Assembly: GCA_012295275.1 (NCBI GenBank)
Contig: CM022668.1
Coordinates: 15,872,001-15,936,000, forward strand
From: Chrysomallon squamiferum
Lineage: Eukaryota > Animalia > Mollusca
Reading direction: 5' to 3'
Length of the DNA: 64,000 nt
Shown: positions 29,002-44,752 of the stretch, in pieces
How positions within the stretch are numbered: position 1 is the stretch's first letter
How the letters are laid out: the number at the start of each line of letters is the position of its first letter
Made by a program: the position numbers and the translations under genes
The notes under the pieces: model-generated
Seen by the model: only the letters and a program-made list of their open reading frames with translations
Database searches by the model: none
Told to the model about the DNA's origin: nothing

Positions 29002-30418
29002 GGAGAAAGTTAAAAACCTTTTAAAAATGGAAAGGTTGGAGAGTGTGTTTTTGCAGCAAAAATATAATTTAAAAAAAAAAAAAAAAAAAAAATTTAATTT
29101 TTGTAGAGTATATAAAAAAAGAAGAAGATAAAAACAAAAATTTTAGTATGTTTTGCAGCAAAAATTTAAACAAAAAACATCAGAGAATTGTTTAAGAAGA
29201 GTTATCTTTGGTACAGAAATATAAAAAAAGATTTTAAAAAGAACATTTTTTTTTTTTGATACCTTTTATGACTGTAATAAAAAATAAAAAAAGAGTTGGA
29301 AAGTGTACTCAAATAAGGTTTTTGTGTTTGCTGATCCAGGAGCAAGATCTACCTTTTTAGCAAAAAAAAAAAAAAACAAAAATAATAAAAACAATTTGTG
29401 ACTTTGTAAACAGACTGGCTATCACCAAAGAACCTAAGCACCATTCAGAACACAGAGCTTTCAGGTCTGAGAGGACACAAGATCAATCCTGCTCACTGAC
29501 TACATTTGTATCATTTACTTAAGGTCAGTGTCACCACACAGTACAATAAGAAATAAATAGACTGACTGCTTGTGAGAGATTGTGGGATCAAGCCTTCACA
29601 GTGCCCTGTAGCACTTATCTTACAATCTCTGACTGTGTAAATGTTTTATACATTTCTATATTTCCCAATCTAACAGTTGCTCCAACAAAAAAAATTATGT
29701 CTCAGTTTTGATGTTTGTGAAAAGCTACAAATATCTTCAGTAAGAAAAGCACATGAAATTCAAGAAGTGAATTTTCTTTCTCATATCATCTTTATATTAA
29801 AAAAAAAAACACCCAAAAACAACTTTGTTTTATTTATTTATATATTTCATTCATTCATTCATTCATTCATGCATTCATTTACTTTCCTGGACAAAAGATT
29901 CAGGTGCATCAAAAGCTACATTTCAGTACAGCTGTAATAAATCTTGAAAGTTTATTCAGACGTCTTTGTTAAATGAATAGGCTCATGGATGCTCAGTCTG
30001 AATAGGTTTTGTCTAAGGTACTTCAAACAATAAAGGTTTGCGTGATTTCTTTTGCACACTTTATTTTTAAATACTGCTAGGTATTTATTTATTTTATTTT
30101 ATTTATTTATTTTTTATTTCCAGTAACCACAATAAACTACTACTACAGCTATTGCTGCTGCAGCTACTAACACTATTTCTATTATTACTATTACTATTAC
30201 CATTACTATCACTATTAATACTAATAAAATAATTACTCTAGGACTGTTGCTTCTATTAATACAACCACTGCAACTTCTTCTATTCCTACTACAACTACTG
30301 TTATTACTATTGCTACTTCTATTACTGCTACAACCAACTACTAAACAACTACTACTAACAAAAAATAATGACCTGATAATATCATTTCTTTCACTCCATT
30401 TTTTTTACCACTGTTCTT

Positions 30419-30551
<133 letters not shown>

Positions 30552-32839
30552 AGATTTCATTAATAAATTTAACCAGAGCTAATGAAACCAGATAAGGCAC
30601 TGGTCAGAACGTGAAAAAGCCCAGCAAATAAATCATGGTGGGTTGATCCAGATTCACTTAAAGAAGAAAAAAAATAATAATAATAATAATAATAAAAATA
30701 ATAAAAATAAATAAATAAATAAATAAATAAGATTTAAAAACACAAACAAATAAAATAAAAGACTACAGTGAAATATTCTACTATGAAATCTGTTTAATGT
30801 GTTTGTGTGCATTATTAAAGGTTCATTTAAAGCTTCATTTTTGTATCTATACTGTTTTTACATGAAATAAAATATAAAAAATAAAATGTAGAGAGAGACC
30901 CCAAAGCTTTATAATTAAACTGACAGTTTTCTCAGTGACAGCTTCCAGAAGTTTCTTTGTTTTTCAAGAACTGCACTGGAAAGGCATGTTGTTATTATTA
31001 AGAAAAACTTATCTTTTTATTTAATTTTTTTTTTTTTTTTTTTTTTTATTAGAAAAGCACAACATTTATTCCTGTTTGTTTATGTAACTGAAGCTTAATG
31101 TATCAATTAACCTTTGACCTTAAGCAGTGTGGAATTATGGGACTGGTGAAGTTGTATTTGCTTATTGTTTCAGATTAAGTGTCAGCTTTGCTAATGGGAG
31201 CCATTTTAGTTTCTATCAACACAGACAGTTTGTTGAGCGAAGTCTCTATAAACGTAACCTGTTTGTTGTTGTTGTTGTGTTCACTGATGAGACCAGATCC
31301 TACAGTCTGTCAAACACTGGTGTATAAATTCAGTATCAGAGCTTTGTTTTCATTTGTGGAATTCTAAACATGCCTAAAATGAGTGAAATATTTGGCAAAA
31401 GTGTGTGCTGTTTTGATGACTCAGTCTATTTTGACTTTTCTTATATTAATTTTTTTTTATTTTTTTTATTTTTTTATTTTTTTTCATTTTTTTTTATTTT
31501 TGTCCTGTCTGTCTTTTTGAAGTACATGATTTGCTGTCATCATTTGCTGACTTCAGTGAAATGACAGAGAAATGACAGAAAGAAATGATGGAGGGGGGTA
31601 TGTTAGACATGGGTGGGGTAGAATACATCAGAGAGGGATGGAGAGGAGATGTTAGTGAGGGGGGTGTTGTTGTTGAGGAGGGAGGGGTGGGGGGGCCATA
31701 TTTAAGATGGTTTTTTTTTGCTCTAAGCTATTAAATCAGTGGACCGAGTGAAAAAAAGAATGCGAATCGTCTAAATTAACAAGCAAACCCGAGAGGAATC
31801 AACCCGTGACAGAGGTCTTGGCAGACGCAGACATCAGACATTAGTGTCGAGAGAATTAACTTTCATCCTATTTTACAATTAAGACAACAAAAAAAAAAAT
31901 AAAAAAAAAAAAAAAAAAATCAAGACTTAGATGTTTCATCTGGAAGTTGCTCCCTGCCTGCCTCTCCCCCCCACCCACACGCACAGCCCCCCCAGCCCCC
32001 CCAGCCCCCTCCCCCCCACAGTACGAGAATAGTGGCGGCAGCAGTCTTGACCTGGTGGTGGTTACTGCGCCATTTTTTTTGTCTCTGGGATCTATTTTCC
32101 TCCATTGGTGCTGCTGGTGATCAGCATAAAAGATAGAAGCAGGTAGATAAGTGTACAGTGGAAGAACTGGAGTAAAAAAGTAAATGATGTTTTAATCACC
32201 CTAATGTCTTCCCAGGCAGATGTTTCAAATAAAACCATTAGGGGGAAATTGCTGCAGGACTAAAACAAAAAAAAAAAAAAAAAAAAAAATGGAGAAAGTT
32301 AAAAAAAAAAAAGAAAAATGTCTGGTTAAAAATAATGTCTTGTTATATGGATGTTAAAAGAAACATTAGATTTAAAAAAAAGAAAAAATGGATTTTTTTT
32401 TTTTTTTATTATTATTTTTTTATAGAATTTTTTTTTTTTTTTTTTTTTCTAATTCTGTTATTACTTTTGGTTTAACCTGTGATTGATTTGAGTTAATAGT
32501 CTTTTTGATAGTATGTTTATTTCTTTGGATTGATTTTTATAAAAATGTTTCATGCATCAGAATAATAAAAAAAATGAAAACAGATTTAATTTTTTTGTTT
32601 GTTTTCTTTTGATTCCAGACATTGAGGATAATGGATGAGAGGATGAAAGTAAAAACATGTTTTTAAAATGAATATTTTTTTTTTACTTCCTTTGCTTTTT
32701 ATATTTCTTTAATTATAAACAATGAGTATAATTCTATTGTTTTTGTTGTCATCATTATTATTATTATTTTTGTTATTATCATCTTGATCATCATCATTAT
32801 TATAATAATAATACAAATTATTATTATTATTATTATTAT

Positions 32840-32883
<44 letters not shown>

Positions 32884-33424
32884 ATATTCTTAAAAATTTG
32901 GTTTTATTTTGATTAATCTACGGTGTAGACAATTCTTTGAAATGAATTAAAAATAAACCAAAATCAAAAAGATTATTATAATTATATGTATCTATTTTTA
33001 TTTTCAAAAATATCATTAATGGATGATTGTCAGATAATAGAATATTTTTACTATATTTCTCTTATTTATTTTCAACTAATTCTAAACTGTATATATAAAA
33101 TAATAATGATGATGATGATACTGGTGGTGATGATGATGATGATGATGATGAGAAGAATCTTATTACTGCCATTCTTTTTTCAATTCTTATCATTTAAGAG
33201 TCAGTAATTTCTTCTTTTTTTTTATCTGTACCTTCCCATTAGTAGGAAAAAGTAGCAGAAAATCTACCAAAATTCCATGTGTTATTTTTACTGATTGCCA
33301 GCAATGGCAGAGTTTTAAAGAGAAAGTCACAAATTCAGGTTTTTCTTGATTTAGTCATGTGAGCCAGGCTGGATTGGGAAATTTGCTAATACAGTATTTC
33401 CAGATGGACAGCACTTCCAAATAC

Positions 33425-33612
<188 letters not shown>

Positions 33613-33902
33613 CTATTACGATTTCTACAATGGCAATTATTACTACTACTGTTATACAAGTGTTGCTACTGTTTATTTTTATTGTTATTATTATTACTAT
33701 TACTGCTATTACATTATCAATACAATTACTTCTATTACCATTTGTATTACACTAGTACTACAACTATTACTACCACTTTTGTTACCACCATTACCATTAC
33801 ACTAGTACTGCATCTACTATTATTACTACTATCCCTAACACAACTAAAACTGTTTTTGAATACTTCATAAATCTACTGGTATCATCAAAACAAAGAAATT
33901 AA

Positions 33903-33959
<57 letters not shown>

Positions 33960-34360
33960 GAAAATTAAACAAGAGATTCTACTGACATCAATTCCAGTTT
34001 CTTATTCACTTGCTTACAAACTTAATAATCTCAAGTTGGTTAGTTTATATGAGAAAGAATTTAAAAAAACAACAACAACACCAAGCTTAACTGAAAAATA
34101 AATCTGACACAAATTTAACTTTCTAGATTAGAGAAAGATCAGGTAGCAGAGTCATGAATAAAAACAACAACAGGATTAAGCTTTCAAACGCACAATTTGA
34201 AACAAAAACTAAAAAAAATATTTAACAAATATTTTTAAAATTATAAATTACATCCTCTTATTCCAAAAAAATAAAAAAATAAAAAATAATAATAATTACA
34301 AAGCAAACAGCAGATAAATACCTGAAAATTAGATGTAAACATCCATCTAAATTATACATT

Positions 34361-34395
<35 letters not shown>

Positions 34396-35619
34396 TCAAA
34401 CGTTAAAACGAAACATAAAAATCCATCTTCCCATGGACATTTCTACAGCAAGTCTGAAAAAAACAGAACCGTTTCGCAGACTAATAGAAAAGGAATTTGC
34501 CATGACAGTGTTTTATAAGGACACTTAAGCATCTAAGGAAAATAAGATTCTCATTCTTGATTGGTGGAGATGCAATAGCTCCAGGGCTTGTCACAGAAAT
34601 ATCAATATCTTGGTCAGGTCACAGTGAGGTAACACAGACAGCTAATAGTTGGTTAATATTGTGTTTTAATGTTCACATCGCAGAACTATAAGCCTGAAGC
34701 AGAGTTTTTTTTTTTTTTTTAATTTTGTTTCGCAGGGTTGGAAGTCCAGGTTAAATGTATGTTACTTAATACTGACATGACAGAAGTTAAAGCCAGGAAC
34801 ATATATTTAAAAAAAAACAAAAAAAACAAACATTTTAGACTATTTACAAGGTTGAATGACAAGGTTAAATGAATAAATGTTTTTTAATATTCATATGGCA
34901 GAACTGTAAGCCTAGAATATAGATTATTTTAGTGTTCTATGTATGTATGTATGTATGTATGTATGTATGTATGAATGAATGAATGAATGAATGAATGTAT
35001 GTATGTATGTATGTATGTATTTATATGATTTTTGGTAGTGCTACTACTATTACAACTACTGCAACTACCACTACAACTACTACTACGATTATTACTGCTG
35101 TCATCATCTTTTTTATATATTTTTATTATTATTACATTATCATTATCATCATCACCATCATCATCATCATCATTATTATTGCTTACTACTACTAATAGAC
35201 AAAACTTTATATAGCCTGGAATCCAGACTTAATGCAAAACAGTTTTACATTGCATATATATATATGTGTGTGTGCTATGTTTGTAACTGATCAGCAGCCA
35301 TTGAAGTTAAAATTTCTGATTCAGCCATTGGTTGTTAAATACCTGCTGTATCACATTACATCCTGGGTGTTAATGTCTTCTGATTTTATTAGTGTCATGT
35401 TATCAGATATCTCACACTTCCAAGAAATTATCACATACATGGAGACAATTTTCTAAACAAAATACACACAAAAAAAAAATTTAAAAAAAAAAAATATTAT
35501 TTCACACTTAGTTCCAAAACCAAGAGACAAATAAATCCAAAATGGCTGTGTTTGGCTTTTGATAATAGCGCGAATAAAAAATAAATAAATCAAAATCTGA
35601 ACCGAACATATTTCTTGTG

Positions 35620-35765
35620 AAGGTGGGCAGCGGTTAGAGTGCATGCCTAATGTGTAAGAGTTACCAGGATCAGTCCTTTTCTGTGTACCTGTGAGATATT
35701 TCCCATTCCAAACAATGTCTCGTGACTTGATTATCAAAGTCTGGGGGTACATAATTCTCCTGTTT
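35620..35765 (+). mobile_element. Decayed tRNA-derived SINE (head plus central domain)
   Basis: A-box-like cagcggttagagtgc, decayed B-box caggatcagtcc, then atttcccattcca...gacttgattatcaaag. The downstream part is related to 43555-43620 and 16428-16505. From memory it resembles a gastropod SINE; this was not checked. Confidence 0.55.
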
Positions 35766-36629
35766 CTATCATACATGTATATGTGTTTGTTTGTCTGTAT
35801 GTGTGTTTGTGTGTATGCCTGTGCTTTTGTGTGTGTATTTACTAGTTGTATGTGTCTGTGTGTTTGCGTGGGTTTGTATGTGTGTCTGTGTGTGTCTTCT
35901 TTTTAAACAACAATAATTTTTTTAAATATGACAGACTGCTATGCAGCAGCTTTGCAAAAGATTTATAATGTTTAAAATTTCATTTTCGTATACTTAGTTT
36001 TTGTTTCAAAAAGCACTTGTTTCATTCCTGCATATTTTAATTTCCTTATTATTCTTATGACTATAGTAGATATTGCAGTAGTAGTAGTAGTAGTATAGAA
36101 ATAATAGTAGTAATAGTATTAGTAGCAGAGTAGTTGTTGTAGTAGTGGTGCATGGTATAGTATAGCAGTAGTAATAGTAGCAACAATCACAGAAGTAGTA
36201 TCAGCATAGCACAAGTAGTAATAGTAGTAATAGTATACTGGTAATAGTTGCTGTTGTAATAGCAGTAGTAGATGTTGTAGTAATGTTGTTGTTGTTGTTC
36301 CTTGCATTGTAGAGAATCATACAAATCAATAGTATTTGTGTACTTTCTAAAAGCTTTGTGTGTTCACAACAAAAGAGAAAAGACAAAAAAAAAAGTGAAG
36401 TACAAAAACAAGGGAGAGCACTCTATTATTCTATTCACAAATTATCTTTCCTGGAAGTGCCATTATTTAGCTGCCATGTTCGTAGATTTCATCTTAATTA
36501 TTTATAATTTACAATTTAATTTATCTCTCATCTCTCCATTTTGTCCAAATATTGAGCTTGTAATCATAATTTTCATTTTAAAAGAAATAAAAAGCTGATA
36601 CCAGATTTCTAGATTTCTGAACAAAAAAA

Positions 36630-36660
<31 letters not shown>

Positions 36661-37124
36661 GATGTTAGATACTGACAACTATCTCATTTTATCAGGTGTC
36701 AGAAAAAAAAAAAAAAAAAATAAAATTTAGACAAAAAAAGGCGGGAAATTTCTCCATGATGTCTGCTGTTCATTGTGCTCCATTCTGTTGATATTTCAAA
36801 ATAATCTCCAAAAGATGGCTCTTCTGTTTCTTGCCTATTCACTGTTTATTGATTTGCCTGATGGACGAAGACAATGGTATCAAAAAATAGACAAAGCATT
36901 TCATTTGCATCCGGAAATTTCCGCAACTCCTATAGAGAAATTGATTTAGTGTCACTGTGTAAAACTCAGTATTGTCAGTCTTTCTGTTTGTCTGTCACTG
37001 AAGCAAGTCAAACACAAAGATACTCCAGTGAAATGTTATCCTAATTAACTAACAAATTATTCAATGAAGGAAGAAAATGCCAATATATTTTCCTTTTTCC
37101 TTTTTTTTTTTCTTCTTCATTTTC

Positions 37125-37127
<3 letters not shown>

Positions 37128-37161
<34 letters not shown>

Positions 37162-37264
37162 TGATACTATTATTATTATTATCATTATTATCATCATCAT
37201 CATCATTATTATTATTATTATTATCATTATTATCATCATCATCATCATCATCATTATTATTATC

Positions 37265-37303
<39 letters not shown>
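37128..37303. repeat. (ATT/ATC)n trinucleotide repeat
   Basis: Directly visible. The poly-I/N/L ORFs are artefacts. Confidence 0.95.
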
Positions 37304-37304
<1 letters not shown>

Positions 37305-37983
37305 CTAATAGTATTATTACTCTTATTATTATTCAAAACATCAAACTGAAAAAACATTTATAAAGATTGTCTTAGTCCTGCATAAACTGCCGGTGTTTAA
37401 TTTCATTCAAATTCGTTTAAGTAATGTCTCCAAAGGTCATGTCATGCCAGACGCAACGTAGATAATGTCACATGTGACATATTTTATGTATTATGTCCCT
37501 GCAGTGTTTTATGTTGTGTATTGTGTGTGACAGGTGTTGTATCGTGTGTATTGCGTGTGACAGGTGTTGTATCGTGTGTCGTGGTGTGTGTATACTACAT
37601 GTCATATCAGCTTATGACATTTCTTGTTTATCTCTTTTCTGTTTATTTCTCTGTTATTTATCTGTTATCCATTTATTTGTCTGTGTTATTTATGTGTTAT
37701 TTGTTTGCTATTTGTTTGTTATCTTTTTTTTTTTTTTTTTTTTTTATTTATCTGTTATTTATTTTTATGTTATTTATCTGTTATTTATTTGTCTGTTATT
37801 TATCTGTTATTTGTTTGCTATTTATTGGTTATCTATTTTTTTTTTGCTATTTATCTGTTATTTATTTTTAAATCATGTCTATTTATTTTTGTTATTTGTC
37901 TGCTATTTTTTTAAACGTTATTTAATTTTTATCTTGATTGTAAGAGGAAATGAGTCAGGTATGTCCTATTAATAGATTAGCTG

Positions 37984-38015
<32 letters not shown>

Positions 38016-38289
38016 AATAAGAAGAAGAAACAATAAGAAAGTAAGTGCAGAGATAAAGATGGTGAATTTGTAATGTACAAAATAGAGTGACAGAGACTGT
38101 GGTGTTAATAGTACACAGCTGCAGCAGTAGTAGTTGCAGTAGAAGTGGTAGTGGTGAAGATAGTGGCAGTAGTGACAGTAGCTGTAGTAGTAATAGTAGA
38201 AGTAGCAGTGGTAAGTTTTAAAACAAGTAATAATAGCTCTAGTCAGTTGGGACAATATAAACAGCAATAAAGTAACAGTAATAAAACAT

Positions 38290-38667
38290 TAGGAGCAGAA
38301 GTAGAAGTGGTAGTAGTTGCAGTAGTAGTTGTAGTAGTAGTTGTAGTAACAGTAGTAAAATTAATGGTAGTTGTAGTAGTAGTAATAACAACAGTAGAAT
38401 TAATTGTAATAGTAGTAGTTGAATAAATGAATGGCAGTAATAGTAAAAGTAGTAAACTAGAGGTTCTAGTACTAATTGTAATAATAATAATAATAATAAT
38501 AGTAATAATAGTACTAATAATAATAATAGTAGTAGTAGTAATATTAGTAGTAGTAGCAGTAATAGTAGTAGTTGTAATAATAGTAGTAGTAGTTGTAATA
38601 ATAGTAGTAGTAGTAGTAGTAATAATAATAGTAGTAGTAGTAGCAGTAATAGTAGTAGTAATAATAA

Positions 38668-38708
<41 letters not shown>

Positions 38709-38720
38709 ATAGCTATAGCA
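38290..38720. repeat. (TAG/TAA)n trinucleotide repeat
   Basis: Directly visible. Confidence 0.9.
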
Positions 38721-39070
38721 ATAATATTTTAAGTAAATAAAGTGGGGTTTTTTGTTTTTTCATTGTTTATTGTAAGACCCTAGTAACTTTGTCATCTGAC
38801 CCTCAGAATAACCACACCTTGTTATTTTCTACTCAAGCAAAAAGTAAAACATTAACGATCATAGAGACCCCTTCTAGAATGGGAAACAGTGTATGAGAAA
38901 AGTAGAAAGGTGCTATCAAGTTTTGGAAAACAGTCCAGTAAATCAGTTTAAAAAATAAATGACTGCAGAATAAATGAATGAATGAGTGAATAAGTGAATG
39001 AATGAAAGAATGAATGAATGAATATATAGATATAAAAAGAAATAAAGGGTGAAAATAAAATAATAAACAA

Positions 39071-39120
<50 letters not shown>

Positions 39121-39596
39121 TATATGTGAATGTAAACAAATAAGAATAGAATCCAGAAATAATGAATAAAACATAAAATAAGTTATAAGAAAAGAATATA
39201 GGCGATAAACTAAATAACTCACAACAGATTTATATACACAAATAAATAACAACTTTAACATTTAAAACTACCCCTGTATTCATTCAGTACAGATGTCTGT
39301 CTGTGTGTACAAACACAGAAATCTAATCCCTGGACAGAACTCCAAATTAAACACATTTTTTTTTCTTTTTCTCTTGAATAAAAAAACAAACAAAACAAAA
39401 CGTTCAAAAAAGATTGACTTTTCCAACAAAAGAGTTCGTATTAATGGCCCTCTGTATATATATTTTATTTTTTATTATTTTTTTTTTTTAATGTTTTTAT
39501 TTAAACCAACAAGCACAATGCAATATACATTAATGACAGCAGACAGATCAATTTTTCAAACTGCCAGGTATGTAATTGTTGTGAGCTAAACAAAGC

Positions 39597-39633
<37 letters not shown>

Positions 39634-40479
39634 TGAAAAAAGTATTAAAAATTAAATTAAATTTCAAGTATGAATTCTCATGAATATTGGGGTTTTTTTT
39701 TTTCTTTCTTTTTTAAGTGTTGGTAGGATCCGAATAAAACTTGTGATCTAAATAAATTTTATTCAGATAATCATTTTAATTATTTTTTAAATTTGTTTTG
39801 CTGTTGCTATGGTAATAAAACAAATGGCCATTAAATAAATGTTGTCTAAATGATTATTTAAGTTTTTCATGTTTTCATGTTGCTATGGTGATAGCACAAA
39901 TAACCATACATAAATTCTTTCAAAATATTTGTTTTAATTTTTGTTAACATGTTAACAAATTATGCATGCTTTAAAGTAAATGTTTTTTACTCATTTATTT
40001 TCATTTTTATAATAATTGTTTAATTTTTTTTTTTTTTAAATTAAAATAAGGCTTTGTTGGAACAAACAGTGGACCTAAAATATATTTTATGACTGGTTTA
40101 TGTTTTGTGTTTAACAATCAAAGTTGGAATAAAAACAAATAATGTAAGTAAACTTTCTTAAATGAATTTTTTTTTCTTTTTTCATGTTTGCTGTTGTTTC
40201 TGGGTTTTTTATATCATTTTCTTTGTTTCTAAACTGAAGTGTAACTATGGCGATATATAAAAAAAAACTGATATAAACACTTTCAATTAACTGTTTTTAT
40301 TATTAAATCCTATTTTAACAGTACCTGTTTTAAAACTATTTTTGTTTTAAATTTTATTAAATAAATGCACTGAACACCTTATATTTCAAAAATAGTAATT
40401 TCAAAGTTTCAAAAGTCTAGATGATTAAAGATATGGATACTATCCATTATTGTACAAACACAGACATACATACATACGC

Positions 40480-40581
<102 letters not shown>

Positions 40582-41114
40582 AATATAAATAAAACAGTAG
40601 AAATATAAAAGAAGAAATGCCAAGCAAAAGAATGTTCGTTGACAGGCAAAGATCAAAGAACTAGTTAATTACAGGTATGTAAACGACTAATTACCTTGAC
40701 TCAGAACAGCAGGCGAGTATTTTGTATCCTTCCTCTTAGTCTTCACACACACAACAACAATCCACCTTCCTGTTTCGTGTTGTTTTTATTCTTTTATCAT
40801 TTACAAACAGAAAGAAAAAAAAAAAAAAAAAACTAAAAATAAAAAAAACGACCCTGCTACACCCAAAACTTTATACCACAAAACAAGGGATGACGTCTGG
40901 AAGGACAGACGACAGTTAGACAGAGAGAGAGAGAGAGAGGGGGGGAGAGACTGACACCCAGAGATTGGGGGGGGAGCATTAACCCTGGTGGTAATCTCTG
41001 AAAGCTAATCCAGCTGTGACTTTGCATGATTGGGAGAACACATGCAATTGTCGAATTAACTAAAAACCAGGTACGAAATTAATACTCCCCGTTTTGTCTA
41101 CCTGTTGCTGGGCT

Positions 41115-41157
<43 letters not shown>

Positions 41158-41534
41158 CCCCCACCCCAGCCACCCCCCCGGCCTCGCACAATACCTGGCT
41201 GGCACAGTGGACAAGCAGGCCAAGTTCACAATAAACAAAAACCGTCGCAGCAGCGTTACGACTTGAATTACGTTACGCACTCCCACCCATTTTTAAAAAT
41301 ATCGGGGGGCGTAATATCGCTGGAAAGATGACTTCATATTGTTTGCGAAATAAATCTGTGTTAAATGAACATAGCAGCCAAAACGCGAGAAGTAAAAAAT
41401 GTAAAAGACTCTGTCCAAAGCTGGAGTGAATGTAAATTAAAAAATATAAAAAAAAAATAATTTTACTACCTGTTGTTTCTTAATGCGAGTAAGTAAGGAA
41501 AATATTTCTAATTTTTAAAGGAAAAAATTAAAAT

Positions 41535-41790
41535 TTTTGAATATGACATAAGATGTAAATTGTGAATATAAGATACAAATGTAAATTCTGAATATAAGAT
41601 ACAAATGTAAATTGTGGATATGACATAAATGTAAATAATGAATGTAAGATATAAATGTAAATTGTGAATATGACAAAAATGTAAATAATGAATATAAGAC
41701 ATAAATGTAAATTGTGAATATAAGATATAAACATAAATAGTGAATATAAGACACAAATGTAAATAATGAATATAAGATATAAATGTAAAT
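41535..41790. repeat. 24-26 bp minisatellite, about 10 copies
   Basis: Unit atgtaaattgtgaatataagatacaa with 24-bp variants. Confidence 0.9.
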
Positions 41791-42005
41791 TTTTAATGTA
41801 ATGAAGACATATTATTTTGTTCATTTTTGATTTAAGATAGCAAGGAAGAATAAATATAAATCTTTATTTTTTTCATTTTAAGACAAATAAATGTTCATAC
41901 ATGCATACATACATAAATACATACATAATCACATACACAACACACACATATACATATGTACATACAGAAACATCCATAAATACATACATACATACATACA
42001 TATTC

Positions 42006-42040
<35 letters not shown>

Positions 42041-42121
42041 TATATATATACACTGGATCATATATATACAAAAAAAAAAAAAAAAGGAAATTTAAAATAA
42101 ATAAATTTAAATGTAAGACAG

Positions 42122-42152
<31 letters not shown>

Positions 42153-42237
42153 AAATATAAATGCCAGAAATACTAAATACAGAAAACACAACAAATGACA
42201 TGGGGTTTGCGGGGGGTGGGGGGTGGAAGTAAAATGA

Positions 42238-42274
<37 letters not shown>

Positions 42275-42694
42275 GAAATAAAATATCACCTTTAGTCGTA
42301 ACCCTTTAATCTGAAAAACCAGGAATCTGATTCTTTTGTTTGTTACTTTGATAGATGTTCCTGTTCTTAGGGTTAACATTTGTTATTTTAATGTGTCTAG
42401 ATCCTGGGTTCACATTACAGGGGCTGGGCTGGGTGTGACTAGGGGTGGGGGTGGGGTCACTGTGGTTATTACAAGGAGGAGGGAGAACTGGGTGGGGGAG
42501 GGGATGCCGAAAAAGGTTTGAATTGTTTGTGATTACTAGGAACAGTTCCACTAATCCAGGGGTGTGTCAGATGTGGTACTGGGGAGAGAGGGGGGTGAGG
42601 AATATATCTGTTAGATTGATAAGCGTGGATGTTTTAAAAGTGACTGTTAGAATTAAAACATGTTGAACAAAGCCATTTAAGGTAATCCCAGAAA

Positions 42695-42725
<31 letters not shown>

Positions 42726-43879
42726 GAATTTACATAATGAAATTACAAATGTCTGTATAAATGTTTATATGTGTGCTTGACTGCATGTTTGTGTATGTAT
42801 GTATGTATAGATATATATATACATTTACTTGTGTGTGTGTGTGTGTGTGCATGCACATGTGTGAGTTTATCTATGTTTAAACACACACACACACACACAC
42901 ACTGAAAGAACTATATTAATGAAGAATTTTACTGCTTAATCTAATCCTTTCTTTGCTGTTGTTGACAGTAACAAATTTAAATAATACCATAGCAACATAG
43001 ATATTAAATATGTAGATATATATATACTATAACATATTTTAATAATACACACTCACAAAAGAATATTTGTGATTTATCTTTTTTGTTTTCATTTTCACAT
43101 TGTTATGCATAAACCTTTAAGAAAAATTAATACATTTTATCAGACAACATTTTCTGTGCAAAGGAATACAAAGGCAAGAATTATAAGATGACATTTTATT
43201 ATTTCTGTTTTATTGTTACATCCATGAAAGAAACACAGTAACTTTTTTACGCTTGGAAACATAAAAGACATTTCACTCTGTCAGTGGCATTCAATTATAT
43301 TTCCTTGTTAATTCTACTCATAATGGAGATTGATTCTGTAATATCTCTGCTATCATATTGGTTAAGTGTGCAGGATTTGTGCTGGTAGCTTTTGGGATCA
43401 AAGCCAGGTATTGACTTCCATTCAAAAGGTGTAAGACTGTAACGTATTCTTTTCATTTGGATTCAAATGAAATTTGTTCCTATTTTAGTGCGTGCACAAA
43501 CCTGCCTTGGTATGTATTTTCCAGATATTATTTAAAATTAGTTTAGACTTTTTTTTTCCCATTCCAGCATGTTCCCAAGACTGACATACCTAAGATGGGT
43601 GATGATAATATTATCTGTCATTGCAACAGCCTTACTCAGTTATTTACTAAACACAAAGAAAGTTTAAGATAATGAAACTTTTTTTATTTTTTTATTATTG
43701 TTTTTCTTTATTTATGATATTTTGAGAATTTTTAATTATAGTCATTTATAAGAAATTTTTATTTAAGTGAAACATTGTAGAGAGAGTTAATCAGAAAACA
43801 AAAAGAAGAAGAAGAAAAAAAAAAGAAATTGAAAACAAACTTTAATAATAATAAAGTCACATAGTAATAGTAATAATAA

Positions 43880-43937
<58 letters not shown>

Positions 43938-44411
43938 CTATAAACATTTATTAGTAGGACTCTTTCCCTTTTTATCAACTGGATCTGTTCCTGTAACCAT
44001 AGTGACATCCCCCCCCCTTTTAATATCTGGATACACCCTTTGTAATCTAAACCCCGAATCTAAACCCATTAAAATAACAAATGTTAACCCCAGCAAGAGG
44101 TACATCTATCACCATTAACAAACAAAAGAACAAAAATTTAACAAAACAAAAAAAAAATATTTTAAATTTTCTTTGTTAAAATAATTGATCGCAGGTGAAT
44201 AAGAATTATTGGTATTTACACAATCTCTAATTTTCAAACAAACACTTTGGAAACTTGTTTTAGATCATTATTATTTTATTTATTTATTGTTTTATTTTAT
44301 TTGGGTAATTTTAGCAGGTTTCCGAAAAGAAATATTTATTCATACCTTTTTTTTTTTTTTTTACAGGCAAAACACATTAAAAACACAGCTGAATCAACTT
44401 TTAGGCATGGA

Positions 44412-44752
44412 TGATTTTAAACATGATTCAGTCTGAGAAATGTTAAAGCATGCCTTTCATGGACATGAACCATAATCCTGTTATTTATAATTACTGATAA
44501 TTTTTTTTTTTATATATGCTTCCATGAGTAAATATCCAAGCATGCCTTTCGTGGGTAAGCATAAACATCATAATCTTTGTCAGTGATTTTAAACATGATC
44601 CAGTCTGAGAAATGTTAAAGCATGCCTTTCATGGACTTGAACCATAATCCTGTTATTTATAATTACTGATAATTTTTTTTTTTATATATGCATGAGTAAA
44701 TATCCAAGCATGCCTTTCGTGGGTAAGCATAAACATCATAATCTTTGTCAGT
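44412..44752. repeat. Recent tandem duplication of a ~172-bp unit (2 copies)
   Basis: 44412-44583 is repeated at 44584-44752 with a few substitutions and a 4-bp deletion. Confidence 0.92.
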
